From positions 96,001-160,000 of the IMG/VR virus record IMGVR_UViG_2706796644_000001: 64,000 nucleotides of DNA; one strand, given 5' to 3'. Source of the DNA: a virus. Taxonomy: Duplodnaviria > Caudoviricetes. Positions 28,356 to 38,575 of the stretch are shown here, one piece after another. The notes under the pieces were generated by a model that saw only the letters and a list, made by a program, of their open reading frames with translations, ran no database searches and had not been told where the DNA came from. The translations under genes were made by a program, and so were the position numbers. Each line of letters opens with the position of its first letter. The stretch's first letter is position 1.

Positions 28356-28803
28356 AGATGATATGGTTGAGGTTACCCTCAGGGAACCTGATGACTTTCT
28401 TAAGGTGAGAGAAACACTGACACGTATTGGTGTTGCTTCTAGAAAAGAAAGGAAACTATATCAATCCTGCCACATCCTTCACAAGAAGGGGCAGTATTAT
28501 ATTGTCCATTTCAAAGAGTTGTTTGCCTTGGATGGCAAGAAAACCAATCTATCACAGAATGATGTACAGAGGAGAAACAGGATCGTCCAATTACTATGTG
28601 ATTGGGGACTAGCAGATGTACCTAAAAAAGATACCTTTGTTGATCAGGCTCCTCTGAGCCAAATTAAGATTATCTCTTACAAAGAGAAAGGTGAATGGGC
28701 ACTTGAGTCAAAGTATAACATTGGCAAGAAAAAGATACCTACCGAATCTTATGGAACAACAGAAGGAAAAGAACCCTCCAAAGAAGGAGGAGAACAAATT
28801 TGA
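28315..28803 (+). CDS. regA: Translational repressor RegA
   Basis: DDFLKVRETLTRIG, LYQSCHILHKKGQYYIVHFKELFALDG. Confidence 0.96.
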   Translation: MNDMSEDKEIPWTKDDMVEVTLREPDDFLKVRETLTRIGVASRKERKLYQSCHILHKKGQYYIVHFKELFALDGKKTNLSQNDVQRRNRIVQLLCDWGLADVPKKDTFVDQAPLSQIKIISYKEKGEWALESKYNIGKKKIPTESYGTTEGKEPSKEGGEQI

Positions 28804-29050
28804 GTGGGCGGATGAGGGTGTATCAACTCTCGTCAGAGTTATTATTCTTGGTTGGTCAGCAGCAATTCTGACCCTTAACTATGTAACTGTACCTGGCGTT
28901 CCTCAAAAAAACATTGATCCAACTTTTATCGCTAGTGTCTTTACTGGGACGTTAGCTACATTTGGTGTCATGCCTTCTAAGAAAAAGAAGGAAGATGATG
29001 AACCAAAACAAGCACCTACATTGGAGAAGAAAGATGCAAAAATTGATTAA
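28751..29050 (+). CDS. Two-TM small membrane protein with basic tail (holin-like topology)
   Basis: Hydrophobic VRVIILGWSAAILTLNYV and FIASVFTGTLATFGV, then KKKK. Confidence 0.65.
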   Translation: MEQQKEKNPPKKEENKFEWADEGVSTLVRVIILGWSAAILTLNYVTVPGVPQKNIDPTFIASVFTGTLATFGVMPSKKKKEDDEPKQAPTLEKKDAKID

Positions 29051-29267
29051 CGGTATCGCGTTGTTATCTGGTCTAGTTTCTTTATCTATCGTAGGGGGTG
29101 GTGCTTATCTGTATACACAAAAGGATGCGCTCATTGAGAGTGCTACAGAAGCAGCAACAAAGGCAGCAACAGAAGCAGTTACTAGTGCCCTTCCAGGGAT
29201 GCTAGACGCTGCAATGCCTGAAGTACCAGAACTGCCATCTGCAACTGGTGGCGCATTGCCATTCTGA
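29034..29267 (+). CDS. N-terminally anchored membrane protein
   Basis: MQKLINGIALLSGLVSLSIVGGGAYLY, then an Ala-rich helix. Confidence 0.65.
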   Translation: MQKLINGIALLSGLVSLSIVGGGAYLYTQKDALIESATEAATKAATEAVTSALPGMLDAAMPEVPELPSATGGALPF

Positions 29268-29269
29268 TC

Positions 29270-29872
29270 ATGGAAGATACTAAGCAAGTAGAGATCAAGT
29301 CACCAGTCAAAACGATTGCGTTCACACTAGGTGGACTCTTTGCCTTGGCACATATTGGCTTGTTGGGTTATGTTATTAACAGACCAGAAGAACCAAAAGT
29401 TCCTCAGGTTCCTACAATCAATATCCCTCGTGGAGATTATTCATCTTATACTATTAAAGCAGGTAAGGATGGATATGAAATTGAGTATCGTGCAAACGAT
29501 CCTGCTATTCTTGAGTCCGAAAGGTCTCTAGAAGTTGATAAAGAAAGGAGAGGATTGTTTGGTGGTGGATCCGAAGTTAGAAATGAGTGGCGTCGTGATC
29601 AGTTCACTATGGACGGCACACGCAACCTAGGAGGTGCTGCATTAGACGGCGAGGGAAAGTCTGCAAAAGACATAGAGTGTATCGTGGCGGACGCTGGAGC
29701 ACGGTCTCAAGGTGCAATGGCAGGTAGTGCTATCGCTGCTGGTGTCGCTGTTCCTGCCCTTGCTAGCATCCCCTACGTGGGTTGGTTGGCAGGTGGATGG
29801 GCATTGCTTCTAGGACAGAAAGCAGGGTCATCGCTTGGTTCTCAAGTTGGTAGTGTATTCAATGATTGCTGA
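29270..29872 (+). CDS. Membrane protein with C-terminal glycine-zipper-like hairpin
   Basis: N-terminal TM; GAMAGSAIAAG...GQKAGSSLGSQVG flanked by two Cys. Confidence 0.7.
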   Translation: MEDTKQVEIKSPVKTIAFTLGGLFALAHIGLLGYVINRPEEPKVPQVPTINIPRGDYSSYTIKAGKDGYEIEYRANDPAILESERSLEVDKERRGLFGGGSEVRNEWRRDQFTMDGTRNLGGAALDGEGKSAKDIECIVADAGARSQGAMAGSAIAAGVAVPALASIPYVGWLAGGWALLLGQKAGSSLGSQVGSVFNDC

Positions 29873-30663
29873 TGGATATTCCGAGGATAGGGACGAGTAA
29901 AATTACAGTAGGTAAACTAAAAATACCTGAGGTTGGGACATATCCAGAACCTGTAACCTCACGGTTTAGTTCCCCACCTGTCACTGTTAATATAGGACTC
30001 CCTATTGTCAATATACCAGGATGCGTTGAAGCAAACTCTGCCAATAATGAAAACCAAAATCTATTGGTGGATGATGATCCAGTCATATACTGTGATGCTG
30101 GTACTCCTAGTTTCAATCCGATTAATTACGAACCAAATCAAATGGTTTTGACTGGACCGCCACAGGTGAAACCAGTTGAACCTAAGAAAGAAACGGATAC
30201 CGAAGCAAAGGCTACACCTCCTCCACCACCAGCTGCACCATCAGCAGCAAACATTCAATGTCCTACTCAAGAACAGTTAGATGCAGAACCCGTGGGGTTC
30301 CTGTTTGATAGTGGACGTAAAGAAGTATTAGGATACAAGTTGGTAGGAGACCAATGTATCCGAGAGGTAGGTGATGTACCTATCATCACACAAGTATTAA
30401 ATGGATTACCCCCAACTGGTGTTGTTATCACCACTGGGGGTATTGCTGTAGTTGCTACTACATCTGCACTGCTTGCTAAACCATTCGCTGACATTCTTCT
30501 AAAGGTAATCAAACCTACAGTGAAGAAAGTTTTAAAGAAGGTTGCTTCTATTCGGGGGAAGAAACTAAAGGTCTTGTCTGTAGAGGACCGCCGAGCAGAA
30601 CAGAGGGATCGGAATCAAGCGATTGCAAAACTTCGGTCTGTGAAGGCGAAGACGAAGAAGTAG
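29872..30663 (+). CDS. Pro/Cys-rich protein with C-terminal TM and basic tail
   Basis: PGCVEA...C, CP...C, hydrophobic VVITTGGIAVVATTSALLA. Confidence 0.7.
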   Translation: MDIPRIGTSKITVGKLKIPEVGTYPEPVTSRFSSPPVTVNIGLPIVNIPGCVEANSANNENQNLLVDDDPVIYCDAGTPSFNPINYEPNQMVLTGPPQVKPVEPKKETDTEAKATPPPPPAAPSAANIQCPTQEQLDAEPVGFLFDSGRKEVLGYKLVGDQCIREVGDVPIITQVLNGLPPTGVVITTGGIAVVATTSALLAKPFADILLKVIKPTVKKVLKKVASIRGKKLKVLSVEDRRAEQRDRNQAIAKLRSVKAKTKK

Positions 30664-31447
30664 GACTAGGGATTGAATGCCTATGCTGTTTGATTGTAGT
30701 CACGTTCTGCACTACGACATCAGCACATATTTTATAGTAAGGGCTGTTAGGGTGGAAACTAATTCCATCCTTCATTAGTGTTCCGCAATTCTTAAGTCTT
30801 GCAATCTCAAAGTCTAATCTTTTGTTGGCAGTTATTTGCTGCATCATCTCAATGTTAGAAGCAGCTGCTTCCTTACAGAGATCTTGTAATTTTTTATCGG
30901 TAGGTGTGCTCCATGTCATAGAGAAACCTACACCTAGACTATAGTTATCTTTCTGTCCAGTTCTAGTTTTTTTATGGAAGAGGATGTCACCTGGATTATC
31001 AATCAAACCATCTTCATCTAGATCACTGACATCATATACTGGATCATTATAGTAAGGTTCGTATGGTTTAGATGCTGATGCACTACCAGTTACATACGGG
31101 GTGAAGTTGCGAGTGGGACCCTGACACTGTATACCTCCACCGTAGGTGTTTGTAATATATGGTCCCTGAAGGACTTGAATAGCTTGGTTTGTAACGGAGC
31201 CTGAACTATTAGCCACAGGAGAAGCAGTAGCAGACACACCACCAACAGTTTCAGCATAAGAAGGGTTCGCGAATAATAATGTTATTGGGAGAAGATACTT
31301 GTAGTATCGGTTACGCTTGTAACCTCTGTGGTTCTGTTTATAATTGTCTGATTGCTTAAACCAGGTCCTTGATAAGTTTCTGTGAATTGAAACGCTTGTC
31401 CTGGTATCGTCTGTGTGAATGTAGGTTTGTTTGTTACCCCAGTCCAT
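30548..31447 (-). CDS. Secreted-type hypothetical protein, start uncertain
   Basis: Signal-peptide-like KYLLPITLLFANPSYA|ETV, beta-rich body, four Cys. Confidence 0.7.
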   Translation of the reverse strand: MDWGNKQTYIHTDDTRTSVSIHRNLSRTWFKQSDNYKQNHRGYKRNRYYKYLLPITLLFANPSYAETVGGVSATASPVANSSGSVTNQAIQVLQGPYITNTYGGGIQCQGPTRNFTPYVTGSASASKPYEPYYNDPVYDVSDLDEDGLIDNPGDILFHKKTRTGQKDNYSLGVGFSMTWSTPTDKKLQDLCKEAAASNIEMMQQITANKRLDFEIARLKNCGTLMKDGISFHPNSPYYKICADVVVQNVTTIKQHRHSIPSPTSSSSPSQTEVLQSLDSDPSVLLGGPLQTRPLVSSPE

Positions 31448-31719
31448 GATGAAGTCACTCCATTAATAGTTACATTTGTGGAACCCGTGCCAGGTGACAG
31501 GTTCCCATTAGCGGTAACGCCATTACCAGTAGCAGAATACTGATACCCAGTATTATAATCCATGCTATTTATTGTCTCAGTTATCGTCTGAGTGGTCTCC
31601 GTCCTGCTGGTCATTGAGCCCTGTGTGAAATTTGGGACTACGGGGACCGCCAGGGCAGCTACAGGTATGGCACTTGCAACCGCCGCACTTATCGCAGACC
31701 AACGAATCATAGTATTCAT
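31282..31719 (-). CDS. Secreted Thr/Ser-rich beta-strand protein
   Basis: Signal peptide ending ALA|VPVVPNF; RBS AGGAGG upstream. Confidence 0.75.
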   Translation of the reverse strand: MNTMIRWSAISAAVASAIPVAALAVPVVPNFTQGSMTSRTETTQTITETINSMDYNTGYQYSATGNGVTANGNLSPGTGSTNVTINGVTSSWTGVTNKPTFTQTIPGQAFQFTETYQGPGLSNQTIINRTTEVTSVTDTTSIFSQ

Positions 31720-31730
31720 TGCGATCCTCC

Positions 31731-32231
31731 TTAGTCAATTACAGTGATCTCACTTACGAATTGTCCAGTTGCAGTAGTACCAGCTCCACCAGCTGTCACC
31801 GTAAGAGCACCTGTAGAAAGTACAGTACCTGCTAGAGAACCAGCAGAACCAGCAGTGTAAGAAGTTACATTACTGAAGTTAGGAACATCTCCTACAGTAG
31901 GAGCAGCAGTTGGGATAGCATCACCTTGAGTAAAGGAAGTGCTGTAAGAGAATGACTCTCCGTTAGTTGCCGAAAGTTGACTTGCAGAAATCGTACCAGG
32001 AGAATATACTCCACTGGTAATCGTGCCAGTTGAAAGTACACCAGCGGTTGTTCCATCTGAGGTGCCAACATTGGTGCCTGAAATACTATAGGAGTTGCCT
32101 ACTCTTACGGCAGTTGATCTAGCAGCGTCAACAGTTAGTTGAACACTAGAAGATTGTGAACTCACTAATCCACCTGCTTGAGCAGCCGAGGCAGATATTA
32201 AAATCATTACGACAGGGATGAGTTTTTTCAT
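31731..32231 (-). CDS. Secreted Ser/Thr/Gly-rich beta-strand protein
   Basis: MKKLIPVVMILISASAAQA| signal peptide; minus-strand late box CTAAATA at 32259-32265. Confidence 0.75.
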   Translation of the reverse strand: MKKLIPVVMILISASAAQAGGLVSSQSSSVQLTVDAARSTAVRVGNSYSISGTNVGTSDGTTAGVLSTGTITSGVYSPGTISASQLSATNGESFSYSTSFTQGDAIPTAAPTVGDVPNFSNVTSYTAGSAGSLAGTVLSTGALTVTAGGAGTTATGQFVSEITVID

Positions 32232-32314
32232 CGTAGTCTATCGTTAGTTTGTCATTAGTATTTAGTGTTTGGATAACCGTACACAGTGTACATTTATTCG
32301 GTCATAAATAAATT

Positions 32315-32370
32315 TGGTTGCCTTCGGGGACCACACAATTCACACTCGCTTTATAAGGAGTAGATACATG
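32315..32370 (+). promoter_or_regulatory. Structured hsp20 5' UTR with ROSE-like SD-sequestering hairpin
   Basis: UUCG hairpin 32315-32333; ACTCGCTT (32344-32351) can pair with AAGGAGT (32355-32361) with a bulged G. Confidence 0.55.
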
Positions 32371-32868
32371 ACTGGACTGAGAAAGTTCACGGCAAAAGAT
32401 ATGAATGCCGTGGTAGATGCTGTTGAAAGATATAGTATTGGACTAGATGATATTGTTTATAGACTACATTCATATGGAATTGGTAGTGTAAACGATGCAT
32501 ATCCTCCATACAATCTGGTGAAAGAATCAAACATCAAGTGGCGCATTGAAATGGCACTTGCTGGATGGTCACCAGATGCGGTAGAAGTGTCCACTGAATC
32601 AAATGTATTGCTGATCAAATCCAAAGCACCACATCAACATACTGATCCTGATCACGAGTATGTTCACCGTGGAGTCAGCACGAGAACATTTGCTAGGGGA
32701 TTCAACCTTTCAGATGATGTAGAAATTGGGAAGGTCTCTTTCCAAGACGGACTACTTGTGATAGAATTACAGAAGGTCATTCCCGATCACCAGAAACTAA
32801 AGGTTTATGAAATCCAAAGTTCTCAACTACCTGAAAGTGATAGTGTGCCATCCAGCGACACACTATAA
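32368..32868 (+). CDS. hsp20: Small heat-shock protein
   Basis: YPPYNL, IEMALAGW, YVHRG, F.R.F.L, DGLLVIEL; AGGAG RBS before ATG 32368. Confidence 0.95.
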   Translation: MTGLRKFTAKDMNAVVDAVERYSIGLDDIVYRLHSYGIGSVNDAYPPYNLVKESNIKWRIEMALAGWSPDAVEVSTESNVLLIKSKAPHQHTDPDHEYVHRGVSTRTFARGFNLSDDVEIGKVSFQDGLLVIELQKVIPDHQKLKVYEIQSSQLPESDSVPSSDTL

Positions 32869-33028
32869 TCTGATTACGATTGGAATCCTGATTACAATAG
32901 GAGCATTACATAACCATGCTCACTACGCAATGAATATGGATGCAGATTCTTATGTTAGACAGTGGTGTAGATCATCAGCAGAAAACAAAAAGACCTGTAT
33001 CCGTTATGGCGGACCCATGGACTACTGA
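32807..33028 (+). CDS. Small membrane hypothetical protein
   Basis: One TM, DADSYVRQWC. Confidence 0.6.
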   Translation: MKSKVLNYLKVIVCHPATHYNLITIGILITIGALHNHAHYAMNMDADSYVRQWCRSSAENKKTCIRYGGPMDY

Positions 33029-33080
33029 ATAAGTATACCTTATCATACCTATATGATATCGTCATTGGAGTTCGGTCATC

Positions 33081-33114
33081 TTGACAGATAATCCAACTCC
33101 TGTTATACTAAATA
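33081..33114 (+). promoter_or_regulatory. Overlapping sigma70 and late promoters
   Basis: TTGACA - 17 nt - TATACT whose end runs into CTAAATA. Confidence 0.8.
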
Positions 33115-33215
33115 CTTGCTAGCAATTCATTGCGAGTTGTTACAAAAACGAAGACTAGTCGGGTCTTCTATCATCTGTGGGTTAAACTCCACAAGCAAAT
33201 AAATTTTAAACAAAA

Positions 33216-33587
33216 ATGATCAAATCTGTATTCGCAGCAACCGCTGCCCTTTCTGTCTCTGCTGGTGCCGCTTTCGCTGGCCCCTACGTTAACGTGGAAG
33301 CCAACTCTGGTTTCACGGGATCCAGCTACAATGGAACCGCGACTGACCTGCACGTGGGTTACGAAGGCGCTATTGGTGAGAACGCTTCGTACTACGTCCA
33401 AGGCGGCGCTACTGTAGTCTCCCCTGACGGTGCTGAGAGCGACACCGTTCCTTCTGGCAAGGCAGGCGTTGGTATCGGTTTGACCGATGCTCTTGGAGCA
33501 TATGGCGAAGTCTCCTTCGTTGGATCAGGTGACGACAACGTTGACCGTGGTTACGGAACGAAGTTGGGTTTGAAGTACTCCTTCTGA
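33216..33587 (+). CDS. Small outer-membrane beta-barrel-like protein of picocyanobacterial type
   Basis: Signal peptide AAFA|GPYVNVE, alternating beta strands, C-terminal KYSF. Confidence 0.75.
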   Translation: MIKSVFAATAALSVSAGAAFAGPYVNVEANSGFTGSSYNGTATDLHVGYEGAIGENASYYVQGGATVVSPDGAESDTVPSGKAGVGIGLTDALGAYGEVSFVGSGDDNVDRGYGTKLGLKYSF

Positions 33588-33613
33588 TAAAACCTCCTAT
33601 ATACTAGGAACTG

Positions 33614-33641
33614 AAGAGACTCCCTTAGGGGGTCTCTTTTT
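33614..33641 (+). terminator. Intrinsic terminator
   Basis: AAGAGACTCC-CTTAG-GGGGTCTCTT with T run. Confidence 0.85.
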
Positions 33642-33653
33642 ATTGGAGAAGTA

Positions 33654-33884
33654 ATGAATTTTTACTATAACTGTTCTCCTCCAGGATATTCTGGTGAAAG
33701 AGAAATCTTGACAGTAGAACTTCCCTCGTATATGATGGAAGATATCTTGGAGTATGCTAGAAATGTGGCATATCAAAATGATACCCACACATCCAAAGTC
33801 TTAAAGAACATCGTAAACGAAACAATTAGTACTATTAGTCATAAAAATTATGTCCGTAAAAATCGCAAGACTAAGAAACGGTGA
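33654..33884 (+). CDS. Hypothetical protein
   Basis: GGAG RBS and ORF. Confidence 0.6.
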   Translation: MNFYYNCSPPGYSGEREILTVELPSYMMEDILEYARNVAYQNDTHTSKVLKNIVNETISTISHKNYVRKNRKTKKR

Positions 33885-34263
33885 GGATGTCATTGCAGAT
33901 ATCAAAGAGGTAAGTGCAAAAGACGATCCCAGTAAAACTGCTGTTGCATTTCAATTCAATGAACCTTATAGTGTAATCTTAGAGGACAGTGAAGAGATGG
34001 AGATGGCGATGTGGGGAGAGGGATTGATTGATGATGAGGAAATTGAGGGTGATGATGAGACTGAACTCCTCTCAGAAAATGAGGAAGAAGCAAAACAACC
34101 TACTCTCATTCTCTATCCTTGGTGTCCCCTCTCAAGAAATCGTGAGTTCTTCTTACGAATTGATGAAGTAGTAACAGTGTATGACCCACATACTCAAGTT
34201 GCTGATCAGTATACACAACTCCTAAAGGATAAACAGAATGTCAGTGAAAGTAGTTCTACTTAA
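33850..34263 (+). CDS. Conserved hypothetical protein upstream of gp43 (possible Sm-like fold)
   Basis: VKIARLRNGEDVIAD, PWCPLS. Confidence 0.7.
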   Translation: MSVKIARLRNGEDVIADIKEVSAKDDPSKTAVAFQFNEPYSVILEDSEEMEMAMWGEGLIDDEEIEGDDETELLSENEEEAKQPTLILYPWCPLSRNREFFLRIDEVVTVYDPHTQVADQYTQLLKDKQNVSESSST

Positions 34264-34477
34264 GAACGGTAATCTTGATGATTATTTAATTGGTGATGTT
34301 GAAGAATTAGATGAAGAACCGTCATGCTTCATTGAAAAATGCTACAGAATTATAGATGGCAATTTGGAAGAGTATCCCCAGTATGCGGACCAACGTGATC
34401 TCTTCTTGACATCTGACTCAATCTTTAGTATAGTGGATCCAAGCCCCGAGATCCTGAAGAAGTACAAGTCCCTGTGA
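34238..34477 (+). CDS. Conserved hypothetical protein upstream of gp43
   Basis: VKVVLLKNG; its stop overlaps the gp43 GTG. Confidence 0.7.
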   Translation: MSVKVVLLKNGNLDDYLIGDVEELDEEPSCFIEKCYRIIDGNLEEYPQYADQRDLFLTSDSIFSIVDPSPEILKKYKSL

Positions 34478-36963
34478 GTTTCTACACAAACGTCCAACTG
34501 ATCGGTAATAATATTCTTTACCGAGGCATTGAGGGTGGAGAGAGAATTCAGTCACGTACTGAGTTTTCTCCCACTCTTTTTATTACCAGTAATAAGGAAG
34601 AGAAATATAAGACACTTACTGGTCGCTCGGTCAAACCTCTCAAGTTTGAAAACGCTCGTGAGGCAAGGCAGTTTGCTGCTAAGTATGAGGATGTTGAGGG
34701 TGTAGAAGTTCATGGATATGATCGTTTTCTATATCAGTTCATCTCCGAAAACTTTCCTGGAGAAATAGATTATCGTACGGACCAGATGAATATTCTGGCT
34801 ATTGATATTGAGGTTGAGTGTGAGAATGGATTCCCTGATGCAGAGGCAGCAGCAGAGCGTATGCTCTGTATTACTGTCCGTGATATGAACTCTAAAAAGT
34901 TTACTGTCTGGGGTATCCGTGAGTTTGAGTGTGAGCATGAGCATTACATCTTCAATACTGAACATGAAATGTTGACTCACTTTATCAATTGGTGGGTGCA
35001 AAATACTCCAGACATTGTTACTGGTTGGAACTGTAACCTATACGATATTCCATACATCTGTCGCCGTGTGAGTCGTATCCTAGGTGAGAAGTGGATGAAA
35101 TCTTTATCTCCCTGGAACAAGGTTGATGAGGAAGAACTGTTTATTCAGGGTCGTCGCAATATTCAATTTGATATTTGTGGAGTATCTATCCTAGATTACA
35201 TGGACTTGTATAAGAAATTTACTTATACTAACCAGGAATCTTATCGTTTAGATCACATTGCATTTGTAGAACTGGGTCAACGTAAGTTAGATCACTCAGA
35301 ATACGATAATTTTAAGGACTTCTACACCCGTGACTGGCAGAAGTTCATTGACTACAACATCATGGACGTGGAACTAGTGGACCGTCTTGAAGATAAGATG
35401 CGTTTGCTAGAACTTGCATTGACTATGGCATATGATGCTAAGGTAAACTTTGAAGATGTGTACTCACAGGTTCGTATGTGGGACACGTTGATCTATAATT
35501 ATCTTAAACCCAAGAATCTCGTAGTACCCTCTAAGAAACGTGCAAACAAAGATGAAAAGTATGAAGGTGCTTATGTTAAAGAACCTATTCCTGGACTGTA
35601 TAACTGGGTTGTCAGTTTTGACCTCAACTCCCTATACCCTCACCTCATTATGCAGTACAACATCTCGCCAGAAACGCTGGTTGAGACTAAACATCCCTAC
35701 GCTACTGTAGACAAACTCCTTAAAAAGGAGATTGATTTATCTGGCGACTATGCAGTGTGTGCTAACGGTGCTCAATACCGTAAAGACATTCATGGTTTCC
35801 TTCCACAAATGATGCAGAAGATCTATGATGAACGAAAACTTTACAAGAAGCACATGCTTGCCGCTAAACAAGCTCTTGAAGATGCCACCACACCTGAGGA
35901 AACCCTGGCACTACAAAAATCTGTGTCAAGATTCAACAACATCCAAATGGCAAGAAAGATCCAACTCAACTCTGCCTATGGTGCCATCGGAAACCAATAC
36001 TTCCGATACTTCAATCTGGCAAATGCTGAAGCGATTACTCTCTCGGGGCAAGTAAGCATTCGCTGGATTGAAAATGATATGAATGATTACCTTAACAGAA
36101 TTCTAAAAACTGACGGTGAAGATTATGTTATTGCTTCTGATACTGATTCTATCTACCTCAATCTGGGTCCTTTGGTTGACCAAGTATACAAGGGAAGAGA
36201 GAAAACTGATGAGAGCGTTGTCACGTTCCTTGATAAGGTGTGTACGTTGGAACTTGAGCCGTTTATTGACCGTTCTTATCAATCCTTGGCAACGTACGCC
36301 AACGCCTACGACCAAAAGATGCAGATGAAGCGAGAGACTATCGCTAATAAAGGTATCTGGACTGCTAAGAAGCGATACATTCTTAATGCTTGGGACATTG
36401 AGGGTGTACGATTCCGCGAACCCAAACTTAAGATCATGGGTATTGAGGCAGTAAAGTCATCTACCCCTGCACCATGCCGTCAAATGATTAAGGACGGACT
36501 TAAGGTTATCATGCAGCAAGATGAGGAAGCCATGCAGAAGTTTATTGCTAAGTTCCGAGAAGAATTTAAATCTTTACCCCCAGATCAGATTGCATTCCCT
36601 CGTGGATGTAACAATCTAGGTAAGTGGTCCAATCCTGTAACCATCTTTAGTTCTGGAACCCCCATACATGTACGGGGATCTCTACTATATAATCATTATA
36701 TCAAGTCAAACAAACTCACGTATAAGTATCCACTTGTTCGTGATGGTGATAAGGTAAAATACATTTACCTTAAGACTCCCAACAAAATTAATCAAAATGT
36801 AATTTCATTCATGGGTCAGTTCCCAAAAGAATTGGGACTTGACAAGAGTATAGACTATGACCTACAATTTGAAAAGTCATTCCTAGACCCTTTCAAGGTT
36901 ATCTTGAACACCTTGGGTTGGCAGCCTGAAAAAATCTCAACACTTGAATTCTTATTTTCATGA
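34474..36963 (+). CDS. gp43: Family B DNA polymerase
   Basis: DIEV exonuclease motif, [27 protein letters not shown]. Confidence 0.98.
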   Translation: MSFYTNVQLIGNNILYRGIEGGERIQSRTEFSPTLFITSNKEEKYKTLTGRSVKPLKFENAREARQFAAKYEDVEGVEVHGYDRFLYQFISENFPGEIDYRTDQMNILAIDIEVECENGFPDAEAAAERMLCITVRDMNSKKFTVWGIREFECEHEHYIFNTEHEMLTHFINWWVQNTPDIVTGWNCNLYDIPYICRRVSRILGEKWMKSLSPWNKVDEEELFIQGRRNIQFDICGVSILDYMDLYKKFTYTNQESYRLDHIAFVELGQRKLDHSEYDNFKDFYTRDWQKFIDYNIMDVELVDRLEDKMRLLELALTMAYDAKVNFEDVYSQVRMWDTLIYNYLKPKNLVVPSKKRANKDEKYEGAYVKEPIPGLYNWVVSFDLNSLYPHLIMQYNISPETLVETKHPYATVDKLLKKEIDLSGDYAVCANGAQYRKDIHGFLPQMMQKIYDERKLYKKHMLAAKQALEDATTPEETLALQKSVSRFNNIQMARKIQLNSAYGAIGNQYFRYFNLANAEAITLSGQVSIRWIENDMNDYLNRILKTDGEDYVIASDTDSIYLNLGPLVDQVYKGREKTDESVVTFLDKVCTLELEPFIDRSYQSLATYANAYDQKMQMKRETIANKGIWTAKKRYILNAWDIEGVRFREPKLKIMGIEAVKSSTPAPCRQMIKDGLKVIMQQDEEAMQKFIAKFREEFKSLPPDQIAFPRGCNNLGKWSNPVTIFSSGTPIHVRGSLLYNHYIKSNKLTYKYPLVRDGDKVKYIYLKTPNKINQNVISFMGQFPKELGLDKSIDYDLQFEKSFLDPFKVILNTLGWQPEKISTLEFLFS

Positions 36964-37970
36964 ACTTTTTACAAGACATAGTAAAGGACCTAGGCAATGA
37001 ATACGCAGGACTGGTTAGCGATGGTGTTGCTGCAGGTGACACCAGTGGTTTCATTGATACTGGCAGTCATATCTTTAATGCTCTGGTATCTGGGAGCATC
37101 TATGGAGGTGTTCCTGGGAACAAGATTACTGCCATTGCAGGCGAGTCGTCTACTGGCAAGACTTTCTTTTGCCTTGGCATTGTTCAGCATTTCTTGGAGT
37201 CTAATCCGAACGCAGGTGTAATCTATTTTGAATCTGAATCTGCTATTTCTAGAAGCATGATTGAGGATAGAGGTATTGATTCCAATCGCATGATGATTGT
37301 ACCTGTATCTACAATTGAAGAGTTTCGTACTCAGGCATGTCGCATTCTTGACAAGTACATGGAACAACCTAAGGATGAACGTCAACCTATGATGTTTGTC
37401 TTGGACTCTCTGGGTATGCTATCCACTAGCAAAGAGATGCAGGACGTTGCTGATGATAAGCAAGTTCGTGATATGACTAAGAGTCAATTGATCAAGGGTG
37501 CATTCCGTGTGCTGACTTTGAAACTTGGCAAAGCAGATGTACCTATGCTAGTCACTAATCATACCTATGATGTCATCGGCGCTTATCACCCTACAAAAGA
37601 AATGGGAGGTGGTAGTGGTCTGAAGTATGCATCCTCTACTATCATCTATCTCTCTAAGAAGAAAGAGAAGGATGGCACCGAGGTTGTTGGTAACATCATC
37701 AAATGTAAGGCACAGAAGTCACGTTTGACCAAAGAGAATAGTCAGATTGAGACACGTCTTTACTATGATCGTGGTCTTGACAAATACTATGGACTGCTAG
37801 AACTAGGTGAGCGAGCAGGGATGTGGAAGAATGTTGCTGGTCGTTATGAAATGAATGGTAAGAAAGTATATGCTAAGGCAATCCTGAAAGATCCAGATAC
37901 TTATTTTACTGCCGAAGTGATGCAGGCACTGGATGAAGCAGCACAGAAAGAGTTTATGTACGGAGCATGA
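36960..37970 (+). CDS. uvsX: RecA-like recombinase
   Basis: [21 protein letters not shown]. Confidence 0.96.
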   Translation: MNFLQDIVKDLGNEYAGLVSDGVAAGDTSGFIDTGSHIFNALVSGSIYGGVPGNKITAIAGESSTGKTFFCLGIVQHFLESNPNAGVIYFESESAISRSMIEDRGIDSNRMMIVPVSTIEEFRTQACRILDKYMEQPKDERQPMMFVLDSLGMLSTSKEMQDVADDKQVRDMTKSQLIKGAFRVLTLKLGKADVPMLVTNHTYDVIGAYHPTKEMGGGSGLKYASSTIIYLSKKKEKDGTEVVGNIIKCKAQKSRLTKENSQIETRLYYDRGLDKYYGLLELGERAGMWKNVAGRYEMNGKKVYAKAILKDPDTYFTAEVMQALDEAAQKEFMYGA

Positions 37971-38575
37971 GACAACTAAAAGATTACGTTCGCACCTATG
38001 ATGGGGCAGTCACTCCATCAATGGCAAAGGAACTTATTAAACTATATGAAAACAATGTAGATCTTCATGAGAAGTATGATCAAAATGCCCGTCCACAATT
38101 TACGCAGTTAAATTTTACCCAACTCTATCAGAGCGATAGAGGAGAGTATGCAGATCTTCATGGTAAACTACAGAAAATATTCTTAAATTACATTGATGTC
38201 TATAAGACTGAGATGAATATTGACTGGCAGTTCCAAAATGACATTGCATTAGAAGAGTTTCGTATCAAAAAATACAATCCATCTAAACTGTCTGAGGATC
38301 CTTGTGAGAAATGTGTGCAACCCAAGTCACCAGATCAGTTCAAAGAGCACGTAGATGTGCTAGACTATAACTCCTCTCGTAGATACCTCGCATTCTTCCT
38401 GTACCTCAATGACCCATCAGCAGGGGAGACAGTCTTTCCTCGCTGGCATCAGCACATCAAACCACAAACGGGTAAGTTGCTAATCTTCCCTCCCACATGG
38501 CAATACCCCCACATTGGCAAACCATGTAAGGTAAAACCAAAGTACATCGTCGGATCCTATCTTCACTACCTATGA
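37967..38575 (+). CDS. 2OG-Fe(II) oxygenase
   Basis: [24 protein letters not shown]. Confidence 0.9.
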   Translation: MRQLKDYVRTYDGAVTPSMAKELIKLYENNVDLHEKYDQNARPQFTQLNFTQLYQSDRGEYADLHGKLQKIFLNYIDVYKTEMNIDWQFQNDIALEEFRIKKYNPSKLSEDPCEKCVQPKSPDQFKEHVDVLDYNSSRRYLAFFLYLNDPSAGETVFPRWHQHIKPQTGKLLIFPPTWQYPHIGKPCKVKPKYIVGSYLHYL

